Below are positions 1 to 11,431 of a stretch of 64,000 bases of DNA, piece after piece. The notes under the pieces were generated by a model that made no database searches, was not told the origin of the DNA, and saw only the letters and a program-made list of their open reading frames with translations. Numbering within the stretch: the stretch's first letter is position 1; every line of letters begins with the position of its first letter. A program made the translations under genes and the position numbers. Source of the DNA: Octopus sinensis (Eukaryota); NCBI RefSeq assembly GCF_006345805.1, contig NC_043001.1:104594001-104658000 (forward strand). The letters run 5' to 3'.

Positions 1-700
1 CCTTCAAAATAGTCACCTTGTGCAGCAGTAACTAGTTCTAGTTTTCTTGCCATTTTTGGAATCTAGCCTGGAAGTCGTTTTCCATAAGCTAGTCAAAGAC
101 CTTCTGCAATTCCCTCTTGATCTCAAAACCCAATTCTTGTCACCAGTGATAATACTGACAAAAAGGATGGGTCACCAGCAGTGTGCTGATGGATAGCTCA
201 ACAGACTTCAACATGATGTTCTTTCTGTTCAGTGGTCAGCAGACAAGGGGACAAACTTTGCAGAGACATGCCACATGTTCAATCCAGATGTTAGGATTGC
301 CTGCATGGATCCAAACAACAGACCAACAACATTGGCAATGTTGTTGATTGTCGTTCCGTGATCCTTGTGCACAAGCTGATGAATTTTCTCCATATTTCCA
401 GGGATGACACTTGTGGCAGGTCTTCCAGATTGCTCATTATCTTCCAAGAATGTTCTTTCACTTTTGAAGCACCTGTACCACTAAAAACATTGTGTACGAC
501 CCACTGTTTAATTGCTGTAAGCTTGCCAAAGCATGCACAATGTGTCAGTAGGAGACTTCCCAAGTTTAACACAAAATTTCATTTTGCCTCATTGTTCCAA
601 CTTCCAATCGATGACAAAATCACAGACTACAGCATACAAGTGATCACAAAAACACAATCTCACAACTTTCAAACTAAACACAGAAACATCACTTGGCATA
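1..700 (-). mobile_element. Internally deleted mariner (DD34D-type) transposase remnant
   Basis: ORF 229-447 (EDNEQSGRPATS...SAKFVP) matches the mariner HTH and WVPHEL-linker region. Bases 1-125 on the minus strand read roughly RELQKVFD.L.ENDFQA.FQKWQ...AAQGDYFEG, the mariner C-terminus. The catalytic core between them is missing. The right boundary is approximate. Confidence 0.85.
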
Positions 701-1083
701 CTCCCTTATGAAGGTCACAGCTAACCCTCACTATGCACACAACTGTGTGCTGCCATCTACTGGTGCACTACAGAACTTGTCTGTGAACTTCTTGCAGTTG
801 CCTTACTATGCAAATAGTATCAGTAGTGTTTCTCTGCAGGATGAAGCCAAACGGCCATATTATTCAATGTATTCCTTCTGTAGAATATTTCAAGTAAGCA
901 GATTAACTTGCAGAAACTTTATTTGTGATTCCTTTTTAAAATTTATTCCTTTTTAAGATAATAAGTTATGAATGTATAGAGAATCTTTTGTTGCTTGATT
1001 GCACAATAGGTAATTCATAAGTGTCATATAAATTACTTGTAGGCATGTGGTATTTTGTTACGCAATCATAATATACTATAAAG

Positions 1084-1791
1084 CAGTGGCGGCTTGAAGA
1101 TAAAATTAGTGAGGGTGTTGCTTCAGAAAATTTTTAGCCCTTGTTTTGATACTGTGTAAAAGGAAACAAACATATAAAAAAAAAATTTATATGTAAACCT
1201 GATTGGTTTGTATTTTAGCCACTGCTGGGTAGTGTGTTCAATTTGCTCACTGCACATCACCATGAATTCCCCCTTGTTTTTCAAAAATCCCTGCTAAATC
1301 ACAAAATAAGGGAGGAAAATCTACCCTATTTTTCAAATCCTGGAAACAACACTGAAGCTGGAAGCAGGATAATAATCTAATTCTACACTTTATCACATTC
1401 AAGAATAGAAACATGTTTTTAAGCACAACACACACGGAATTAAAAAGAAACACTACCTTTCACCAGCACACCAGAGTCAGAGCTGCGTGAACAACAGTGC
1501 TCTCTCTTCCTAGAGTGCAGCTTCGTATCTCGGACAAGTGGGCATGCACACAACAACCAAACACCACGTCGCTGGAACTGAGAGGTGCACAGTTCTATTC
1601 AAGGATTTTTTTATTTTATTTTCATAAACTAGGGGATGGCAACTGACATTAAGCTTAAGGATTATATAATGTACAAGTATAAAGAAAAAATTAAGGGAAA
1701 AAAGGACTCATTATATTGAATGATATTGATAATATTGAGTGGAAATAGGGGTTGCTGCAGTTCCACAGTACCTATACACGAGCCGCCACTG
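1084..1791. mobile_element. Non-autonomous hAT DNA transposon, 708 bp
   Basis: TIRs CAGTGGCGGCT (1084) and AGCCGCCACTG (ending 1791). An 8-bp TSD CTATAAAG sits at 1076-1083 and 1792-1799. Confidence 0.88.
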
Positions 1792-1854
1792 CTATAAAGT
1801 ATATTAAATGTTTTATGAGTCAACGCCATGTTCTACTGTATTAGTAGTGCTTTT

Positions 1855-1976
1855 ACATTATTTTGTTAAGGTTATTTCAACAGAAATTAAAGCCAACACT
1901 GATTTTTGCTCTGTGTTTTGCAAAAAATCAGCGCTGGCTATAATTTCTATAGAAATAACCTTAACAAAATAAGTGT
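1855..1976. repeat. Fold-back palindrome (MITE-like), ~55-bp imperfect arms
   Basis: ACATTATTTTGTTAAGGTTATTTC...TGATTTTTGC pairs with GCAAAAAATCAG...GAAATAACCTTAACAAAATAAGTGT. Confidence 0.7.
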
Positions 1977-2142
1977 TATAATCTAGATTTATCATTTGAT
2001 TTCTATCAAAAGTGAGTCCTGAATAACATAAGGAAGCTCAAAGGATAAGAGGGTCATGCTAACTTAAAATTTAATGCGTATATTCAATATTATTTACATG
2101 AAGGAAAGCAAACTACAATACAACTTCAGAAAGCATACTCAC

Positions 2143-2207
2143 AGCAATTTTGTTTTATGACCAGGTTTCCAAGTGTTTTTTAAGCATTCATCCAATTTAA
2201 ATGCATC
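2143..2207 (-). CDS. UBA-like repeat gene, coding exon 17 of the model: DAFKLDECLKNTWKPGHKTKL(L); the gene continues beyond this exon
   Basis: Acceptor ttgaaattttag, donor CT|gtgagt, 65 nt, phase 0 to 2. It starts with xA, completing UBA-like repeat 4. Confidence 0.8.
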
Positions 2208-3164
2208 CTAAAATTTCAAGAAACAGACAATTGAAGTTTCAAATTGCAATTTTGATAATTATATTTGTAAATGCCGGTGTCACATAAAAAGCGCCCATGC
2301 TGGTGTCATGCAAAAGCACCTGTACCAGTGCCATGTAAAAAGCACACAGTACACTCTCTGAAGTGGTTGGCATTAGAAGGGGCATCCAGCTGTAGAAACC
2401 AAAACAGACAACTGGATCCTGGGCAGCTCTCCAGCTGGCCAACTCCTGTCAAACTATCCAACCTATGCCAGCATGGAAGACATATGTTAAGTGATGATGG
2501 TGATGAGGAGGAGGAGGAGGAGGAGGATTTGATTTCTTTCTGTGTTTGTTTATTTCATTTTTATCTTATTTTGTCATGTAACTTTAATTATTGATTATAA
2601 AGTAATCTGTCATGTATGTGTTGTAGCTGTTTAGCCCCGGGTCCACCTGGATTCAGCAATCTTCTATGTATCTTTCATCTTTTATCTCCTAGTTGTTTCA
2701 GTGATAAGACTGCGGTCATGCTTGGCACAACCTTGAAGAATTTTTAGTCAAATGAATTGACTCCAGTACTTTATTCATTTTTAAGTATGGTTCTTGTTCC
2801 ATTGTTGCCAAATCACTAAGTCACAATGATGTAAACACACCAACACTAGTTGACAAGTGGTAGTAGGGGGACAAATACAGACACAAAGACATATACATAT
2901 ATATAAAGACAATTTAGAAGATGGAGATATAAAATTAATACAATTCATTATCTGCAAAAATCTAATATATTCTCTTACAGCTGTTTCAATTTAGCCTAAA
3001 AGATTAAATTACAATAATTAAATCATTGTATTAGGCAAAATCTCATCAGAGGGGCAGAAAAGATATACCGTTAGGTTATTGCATGTTTTGTTTACAAATC
3101 ATCTCAGTTTGCTGAGATGATATATATATATATAATATATATATATATACACACAAACACACAC

Positions 3165-4195
3165 ATATATCATCATCATTGTCATCGTTTAATGTCTGCT
3201 TTCCCTGCTGGCATGGGTTGGGTGGCTTGACTGAGGGATGGCAAGCCAGTAAACTGCACCAGGCTCCAATATGATCTGGCATAGTTTCTACAGCTGGATG
3301 CCCTTCCTAATGCCAACCACTCTGAGAGTGTAGTGCCACTGGCATGAGGGCCAGTCACACAATACTAGCATCGATTACACTTGAATGGTGCTTTTTACGT
3401 GCCACGGGCACAGGACCAATCAGGCAGCACTGGCATCAACCATGCTCAAATGATGCTTTTTACGTGTCACTGGCACGGGAGCCAGTCAGGCGGCTCTGGC
3501 AACGATCACACTCGAATGGTGCTTTTTACCTGTCACTGGTACAGGACAAGTCAGGCTGCACTGGCATTGACCATGCTTAATTGGTGCTTTTTATGTGCCA
3601 CCGGCATGGGTGCCAATCAGGTAGTACTGTCATTGACCATGACAATGACTTCACTTGACTCAACAGGTCTTTGTAAGGGCAGTTTATTGCCCAATGATTG
3701 AAGGCTACTATTAAATGAGCCAGTTATGCTGCGCTGGCATAGGCCACAGTTATGGTCTCACTTGATTTGCCGGATTTTCTCAAGCACAGCTTATCTCCAA
3801 AGGTCTCGGTCACTTGTCATCACCTCCATGAGGCCCAACGTTCGAAGGTCATGTTTTCACACCTCATCCCAGGTCTTCCTGGGCTACCTTTTCCACAAGT
3901 TTCCTCAACCGCTAGGTTGTGACACTTTCAAACCTGACAATACCAGGGCAGGTGTCTCTCTTGCACACCACATCTGATGCTTCTTATGTTCAACGTTTTT
4001 CTCAGGGTGTAATGTTGTGCATGCACACTGACATTACACATCCAGCGGAGCATACTAGCTTCTTTCTCTGTAAACTTCCGCATGTCCTCAGCAGTCATGG
4101 TCAATGTTTCACTGCCATGTAGCATAGCTATTCGCACACATGCATCATACAGTCTACCTGAGTGAGAGGCCTTTGTCACCAGCAGAGGTACTTTA
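3165..4195 (-). mobile_element. RTE LINE 3' fragment (RT C-terminus, 3'UTR and (TGA)n tail)
   Basis: ORF 3928-4290 contains GRLYDACVRIAMLHGSET...LRWMCNVSVH, homologous to 7450-7700 of the RTE copy at 4898. The 3'UTR repeats follow, and an (ATC)n tail lies near 3170-3185. Confidence 0.9.
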
Positions 4196-4339
4196 TCCAG
4201 GATATATATATATATATATATATATATACTTATATGTATGTATGTTTGTATATATAAATATATATAATTGTTAAAGAGGACAACAAACATTAAGGCAAGA
4301 CAAATACCTCAAGTCATATACGTTATTATTATTGGAAGA

Positions 4340-4891
4340 ATTCCGCTATATCGGAAATCTACAATGGTTCCATAACTCCTGTCTTGGCTATGACTTTGGA
4401 GCCTTGCAAATGTATGATTTGAAACATGTTGGTAACTCCAGAGTTGTGTGTGTTTATGAAAGGGATGATGTTTTCTTTGTTTTTCGTTTTTGGAGTTCTG
4501 AGTTGTGTGATGTTCAGTTTCATTGCTCTTGAGATTCCATCTTTTATTAATTTGAGTGAGTACTTTTGTTCTAGTAAGAAGTTTTTAAGTTCATTTAGTC
4601 TTATTTGACGTGTTTGTGAGTCAATTACTATGCTGCATATGCGTCTTGCCATACTATAAGGAATGTTTCTTTTTATGTGGGATGGATGGCAAGAGTAGAA
4701 ATTTAAATATTGGTATGTGTCGGTTTTTTGTAGTAGATGTCTGTTGTGACGATGGAGTTGTGTATCTTGATGTTGATGTCTAGGAAGGGAAGTTCGTTGT
4801 GGCTGGTATCTATTGTGAAATTGATAAATGGGTGCAGTGTGTTGAGGATGTTGTGAAATGTTCATAGATCTTCTTCTGATCTATTCCAAAA
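4340..4891 (-). mobile_element. Penelope-like element, RT 3' part (left of the RTE insertion)
   Basis: Reads FIFWNRSEEDL*TFHNILNTLHPFINFTIDTSHNELPFLDI, then TDTYQYLNFYSCHPSHIKRNIPYSMARRI, typical of the PLE RT thumb. Confidence 0.88.
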
Positions 4892-4897
4892 GATGAA

Positions 4898-7800
4898 GTT
4901 CCTGAAAGGTAGGCCTGGCGAGATAGTCGAGATGCTTGAACGGAGACGTGTTGATGTATGTTGCATGCAAGAAATAAGGTGGAGAGGAGGATCTGCTAGG
5001 TTCCTCACAGGCAAGGAACACAGGTACAAGATTTTCTGGGCAGGGAACACTGACGGGGTTGGTGGCGTGGGTATACTTATCGCTGAGAAATGGATAGATA
5101 GAGTAATTGAGGTAATCAGAGTAAGTGACAGAATACTTAAGATTAGAATAGTGCTTCATAATAGATTAGCAACCATTATATCGGCTTATGCCCCTCAGCC
5201 AGGGCTACCCAATGGACAGAAAGACAGCTTCTATGACACCCTACTGCAGACCACCTCATTGACGAACGACAGGGACCTTCTCTTTGTGGCTGGTGATTTC
5301 AATGGGCATGTTGGACGACATGCTGGGGGCTTCCATGGCGTACATGGAGGCTACGGTTATGGTTCCCGCAACGAGGAGGGAACCAGGCTGCTGGAGTTCT
5401 GCGATGCGAATAGTCTTATGGTCTGCAACACTAACTTCAGGAAACCAACAAGCCACCTGGTCACCTACCAATCGGGCCGGCATACTAGCCAAATCGACTA
5501 CATCCTTGCCAGAAAAAGGGAAAGATGGCTGCTTATAAATGCCAAAACCTTCCCAGGCGAAGAATGCACCCCACAACATAGACTGGTAGTTAGTGACTTT
5601 AGGATCAGGACTAAGAGGGCAACTAGAAGACGACCAACATGGAGAAGAAGGGTCTGGAAGCTTAAAGACCCTGCGAATGGACAGAGATTTAGAGATATGT
5701 TACTTGAAGCCTTTGACAAAGTGGAAGGGGGTATAGCTACACATGGGGTAGAAGACAACTGGACGTTTCTGAGGGACAACCTGCTGAAAGCCGCTGACCA
5801 GATCTGTGGCTGGTGCAAAGTCCCCTTAAGACCCAAAATAACGTGGTGGTGGAACAATATTGTTGACAGGGCTATTAGACAAAAGAAACAGGCTTGGAAA
5901 GCCTGGAAGAACGGTGGTAGCAGGGAAGTGTACCAGACTGCCAGAAGGAAAGCTAGGAGACAGGTCTATCTAGCCAGAGGGGAAGCAGATAAGAGAAAAT
6001 TTGCCAATGTCCTGCACCGTGAGGATGAAAGACTTGAGGTATTTTGTGTTGCAAGACAGTGTGTGAGAGAGAATCGTGATGTGGTAGGAGAGAAATGTGT
6101 TCGCATGGAGGATGTTCACTTGCGCTAAATGAGGATGCAAAGAGAGAAGCTTGGAGACGCCACTATGAAAGGTTGCTGAATGAGGAAAATGAATGGGATA
6201 AAGAGAGTCTGCCGAATGTTGACCCAACAGAGGGACCAGCTATCCGAGTTGATAGTTCCGTGGTAGCTAAGGCAATTAGAAGCATGAAGACAGGGAAAGC
6301 ACCAGGCCCATCAGGAATTACTGCAGATGCTCAAAATATCTGGTAGTGTCGGCTATAGCATAGTCACCCGTATAGTTAACCAGGTGATACACGAAGGAGT
6401 CATACCCAATGACTGGTGTAGCAGCATAATAGTCAACTGCTACAAAGGTAAAGGTGACGCCCTTGATACAAATAACTACAGGGGCATCAAGCTGTTGGAT
6501 CAGGTAATGAAGGTTACGGAGAGGGTTATAGCCCAGTTAATTAGAGAGAGAGTTAGCTTAGATGATATGCAGTTTGGGTTCGTGCCAGGGAAAAGTACTA
6601 CTGATGCTATATTCCTGGTAAGACAGCTGCAGGAGAAATACCTGGCCAAAGGTAAGCCCTTGTACCTGGCTTTTGTTGAATTAGAGAAAGCCTTTGACAG
6701 GGTCCCCCGATCCCTTATCTGGTGGTCAATGAGGAAACTAGGGATAGATGAATGGTTAGTGAGAGCTGTGAGAGCCATGTACAGAGACGCTGCTAGTAAG
6801 GTGAGGGTTGGCAACGGGTACAGTGAAGAATTCTGGGTAGAGGTTGGGGTCCACCAAGGTTCAGTCCTCAGCTCCCTCCTATTTATCATAGTCCTCAGGC
6901 AATAACGGAAGAATTTAAGACAGGATGCCCCTGGGAGCTCCTCTATGCCGATGACTTGCTCTAATTGCTGAGTCACTATCAGAACTGGAGGAGAAGTTTC
7001 AGGTGTGGAAACAAGGATTAGAATCGAAGGGCCTTAGAATCAACCTAGCCAAAACCAAAGTCCTAATAAGTAGGAAGGTGGACCAACCACAAACGACTTC
7101 AGGTAGATGGCCCTGCTCGATCTGTAAAAAGGTGTAGGTAGAACTCTATAAGGTGCACCAAGTGTAAGCTATGGACACATAAGAGGTGCAGCAATGTCAA
7201 AGGTAGGCTAACTGGGAAGATAGTTTTCGTATGTGGCAGATGCTCAGGAGAAATAAACATGGAAATGTGCAGAGACCAACTTCTACCACGTTCCAGGGAG
7301 AAAACTAGAAGTAGTTGATAGCTTCCGCTACCTAGGAGACCAAGTCAGTAGCGGGGGGTGGTGTGCTGAAAGTGTAACTGCTAGAGTAAGAATAGCCTGG
7401 GCAAAGTTTAGAGAGCTCTTACCCCTGCTGGTGACAAAAGGCCTCTCACTCAGAGTAAAAGGCAGACTTATGATGCATGTGTACGTACAGCCATGCTACA
7501 TGGTAGTGAACATGGGCCGTGACTGCTGAGGATATGCGTAAGCTCGCAAGAAATGAAGCCAGTATGCTCCGATGGATGTGTAATGTCAGTGTTCATAATC
7601 GTCAGAGTGTAAGTACTTGAGAGAAAAGTTGAACCTAAGAAGCGTCAGTTGTGGTGTGCAAGAGAGACGGCTGCGCTGGTATGGTCATATGACGAGAATG
7701 GCTGAAGATAGTTGTGTGCAAAAGTGCTACACCCTAGCAGTTGAGGGAACCTGTGGAAGAGGTAGACCCAGGAAAACCTGGGACGAAGTGTGTGAAGCAC

Positions 7801-8670
7801 GACCTACGAACTTTAGGTCTCACCAAGGAAATGACTAGAGACCGAGACCTATGGAAGTATGCTGTGCGTGAGAAGACCGGCAAGACTAGTCTGGCCATAA
7901 CCCGTGGCCCCTACCTGGGACGTAGTCAGTCCACCTGTGTACCTTCCTTCTTGTGACACTTGTGAAGACCTGTTGAGGCAAGTGAAAATCAAACAAAATC
8001 TAAATAGATGAACATCAATGGAATTTGTATCTTTGTGGTACCAGTGCCGGTGGCACACAAGAAAACCATCCGAACGTGGCCGTAGCCAGTACCGCACCGA
8101 CTGGCCTCCATGCTGTGTGGGCACGTAACAATCACCATCCAATCGTGGCCGATCGCCAGCCTAATCTGGCTCCTGTGTGGGTGGCACATAAAAAACACCA
8201 TCGAGCGTGGTCGTCTGCTAGCCTTGTCTGGCACCTGTGTCGGTGGCAATAAAAACCACCATCCGAGCGTGGCCGTTCGCCAGCCTCGTCTGGCACCTGT
8301 GTCGGTGGCACATAAAAACACCATCCGAGCGTGGTCGTCTGCTAGCCTTGTCTGGCACCTGTGTCGGGCACATAAAAACATCATCCGAGCGTGGCCGTTC
8401 GCCAGCTTCGTCTGGCACCTGTGTCGGTGGCACATAAAAACACCATCTGAGCGTGGCCGTTCGCCAGCTTGTCTGGCACCTGTGTCGGTGGCAAATAAAA
8501 TCACCCACTACACTCTCGGAGTGGTTGGCGTTAGGAAGGGCATCCAGCTGTAGAAACACTGCCAGATCTGACTGGCCTGGTGCAGCCTTTGGGCTCCCCA
8601 GACCCCAGTTGAACCGTCCAACCCATGCTAGCATGGAAAGCGGACGTTAAATGATGATGATGATGATGAT
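4898..8670 (+). mobile_element. Near-full-length RTE-clade LINE (APE endonuclease, RT, PHD-like finger, VNTR-containing 3'UTR, (TGA)n tail), slightly 5'-truncated
   Basis: ORF 4893-6128 has the APE motifs VCCMQE, SAYAPQ, AGDFNGHVG, SQIDYIL and QHRLVVSD. ORFs 6095-6346 and 6327-6905 carry RT motifs (NYRGIKLL, QFGF, KAFDRVP, GVHQGSVLS), and LLYADD follows near 6940. The tail is GTTAAA(TGA)n at 8646-8670, with TSD GATGAA at 4892-4897 and 8671-8676. Confidence 0.95.
8050..8495 (+). repeat. Tandem ~62-bp repeat (about 7 units) in the RTE 3'UTR
   Basis: Unit is roughly GGTGGCACATAAAAACACCATCCGAGCGTGGCCGTTCGCCAGCCTCGTCTGGCACCTGTGTC, with two variants partly alternating. Confidence 0.9.
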
Positions 8671-8676
8671 GATGAA

Positions 8677-9370
8677 CCAGTCATCGAAGTAATGTTTCCA
8701 CTTTTTCTTGATGTCTTCTCTGAAATCATGTTCGAAGACTTTCCCTATTTCATCGTATAGTTTGTTCTCAAGTAAACCCATCACCAGGTTGGCATATGAA
8801 GGTGCGAATTTTGTTCCCATAGCCGTACCCTTTATCTGTTGGTATGTCTTGTTAAATGATACTGTGTTTTCTTCAAGTATTAATTGGGTGGCTTTGGTGA
8901 TAAAGTCTGTTTTGAAACATTTATCTATGAGTTCCTCATATTTTTTTACCCATTGTTTTATCACTTCCAGACCCAGGGTGTGTGGTATGTTTGTGTATAA
9001 GTTTGTGCCATCGAAGCTTGCAAGTATGGTGTCTTCTGGAACCGTATTTGGAATGTGTGTGAGGAAGTCTATGTCATCCCTTATGTAGCTAGGTATCAGT
9101 GGGCATAAAGGTTTGAGGAGTACATCTATGAAGTGGCTTAGTTGTTGGGTTGGCGCCTGGGGCCCTGCCACTATTAGTCTCATTGTGAGGTCTGTGGGCC
9201 TTTGTATTCTTATATAATGGTTCCTCAGTTCCTTAATAGCTCTCTGTATTTCAGAGCTTTTATGAACTTTAGGTAATCCATAAAAATTGCTTTCTTTGGT
9301 TCTTGAGTAGCATAAATAGTCTTTCTCCTTGTCTGTAAAGGATTCCTGGTATTCATTGACTAATGTTCCA
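8677..9370 (-). mobile_element. Penelope-like element, RT core (right of the RTE insertion)
   Basis: NFYGLPKVHKS...RLIVAGPQAPT...ASFDGTNLYTNIPH...QIKGTAMGTKFAPSYANL...HYFDDWF covers PLE RT motifs through the YxDD-equivalent. Confidence 0.92.
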
Positions 9371-10479
9371 ATTTTTTTTTATACATATATATACACACAT
9401 ACATAAGTGAGTGGACAAAAGAAAGAAGGGCATGCAACACATTTATTGGGAGTTACATGTATGGGTTAAAACAGTTTGATTCAAATTCCTTGGTACATTA
9501 AGTTTCAAAGTGTGATGCTAATCCTCATTCATAGGATATTTGAAGAGATCAGTTGGAGAAAATCAAATATTATTACTGGCAGGGGAGCTGTAATTGGTTG
9601 AGAAAGTTTACACTATGTCATAGTTTCATGCTGGTATTTCAGCCATAACAATTACTTGGAAAATACTACATGGTGAACAGGAAATCAACTGAGTTGAGGA
9701 CAGGAAATTGGTTACATGATTGGAGGGGAAGTAGGAAAGGGTGGTGGGATGTGTTTGTATGGATGTGCAAGGCTAAGACCTTGTGAGTGGATTTGGTAGA
9801 CAGAAGCCCATCATACATGTGTGTCTGCAAGCATGTATGCGTAAGTGCATGAGCATGTGTGTGTGTGCATGTAGTGTGTGTGCATGTAGTGTGTGTGCAT
9901 GTAGTGTGTCTTTGCATTTGTGTTTGTGTTCCACTACTGCTTGATAACCATAGTTAGTTTGTTTATGTCACCATAACTTATTGGTTCAGCAAAAGAGACC
10001 AATAGGATGAATACCAGGCTTAAAAATTAGCACTGGGGTCAACTTGTTTGAGTAAACTCTTCAAGGCAGTGTCCCAACATGACCACAGTCCAAAGACTGG
10101 AACAAACAAAAGATAATCTTATATTCTAACTCCCATATTACATTAACAATCTACTTCAAAGAAAATATTTACAAACCAATGAAGGATCCTCAACCTGCAA
10201 GAAATAGTTATTAAATTTCCCTCAAATCCCACCCTACCTTTTTATGAAGAAACATATATTGGATAATGTATACAAAAGATTAGGGTTTTACAACTGGGAC
10301 ACTTTTGATCATAGATTTACAGGATCTGTATGAACCAAGGGTTGAACAACAATAAAAACACACTTACTCAGATGATGCTGCATTTCGACATCACCCATGC
10401 ACAATCTATCAGACCAGACACACTCTATCTCCAAGAACAGAAACTGCAGACAAAATCAACAGGACTAACAGTTACTTAC

Positions 10480-10579
10480 TGTCATATTCCATTTGACTTT
10501 ATCAAGAATTCTCTTAGCCGTCGTCTCATCAGTACTGGTCCAATATGTGAATGCCAGTATTTTCATATCATTAGTTATT
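10480..10579 (-). CDS. UBA-like repeat gene, exon 16: (E)ITNDMKILAFTYWTSTDETTAKRILDKVKWNMT (UBA-like repeat 4)
   Basis: Acceptor tttgtttttttcag, donor ACA|gtaagt, 100 nt, phase 2 to 0, open frame. Confidence 0.88.
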
Positions 10580-11431
10580 CTGAAAAAAACAAATTTTTTT
10601 AAATTAAAAGTGTGCATGTGTGTGTGTAAATCTTTTATCTTTAACTTGTTCCAGTCATTAGACTGTGGCCATGCTGGGGCACTGCTTTGAAGAATTTTTA
10701 GTTGAATAAATTGACCTCAGTACATTTTTTTTTTGTTTTTTAACCCTTGTACTTAATTCTATTGATATCTTTTGTTGAACCACTAAGTTAATGGAATGTA
10801 AACACCAACACTGGATACCAAGTGGTAGTGGGGGTCAAACACACACACACACACAGATATACAATGGACTTCTTTCAGTTTTCTTCTACCAAAGCCATAC
10901 AAGGCTTTGGTCAGTCTGAGGCTACAGTAAAAAACACTTGCCCAAAGTGTGATGCAATGAGACCATGTAGTTGGGAAGTAAGTTTCTTGCCAGCTGGCTG
11001 GCTGTCCATTCATCAGGGTATGTGCTAGGATTGTTAAGTTAAGAATAGCCTTGTTTGATATAACAATGTCAGTTATCTCTACATATGCTGACGTGCAGGG
11101 CCTCAAGGAGACAAAGTGGCTGAGTTCCTTTCGAGTGTTGTGCCTCATGGAGGCAATGACTGAGACCTTTGACATTATGTCATGCTTGAGAAGAAGACCC
11201 ATCAAGCTGAGCAAAATTGTAGTCATGGCATATACTGGTGTCATCCAAATTGGCACATGTGCTGGTTGCTCGTAAAAGCACCCATTACACTCTCGGAATG
11301 GTTGGCGTTAGGAAGGACATCCAGCTGTAGAAAACTCAGACTGGAGGCTGGTGCAGCCTTCTAGTGTGACAGCCCGGTGAAACCATCCAACCCATCCCAG
11401 CATGGATGTCAGGCATTAAAGATGATGATGA

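Noticed and set aside
840-893. Plus-strand exon-like segment (ctctgcag|...CAA|gtaagc)
   Set aside because: The acceptor falls within an antisense RTE scrap (about 775-837, RNTTDTICIVRQLQE), and there are no partner exons on the plus strand.
1455-1580. CpG-rich possible next exon of the minus-strand gene
   Set aside because: It lies inside the hAT element 1084-1791 and has a stop in the required phase.
7989-8634. Overlapping 65-171 aa ORFs on both strands (also 3344-3701, 39264-39585, 45800-46206)
   Set aside because: They arise from GC-rich tandem units of the RTE 3'UTR and have no coding signature.
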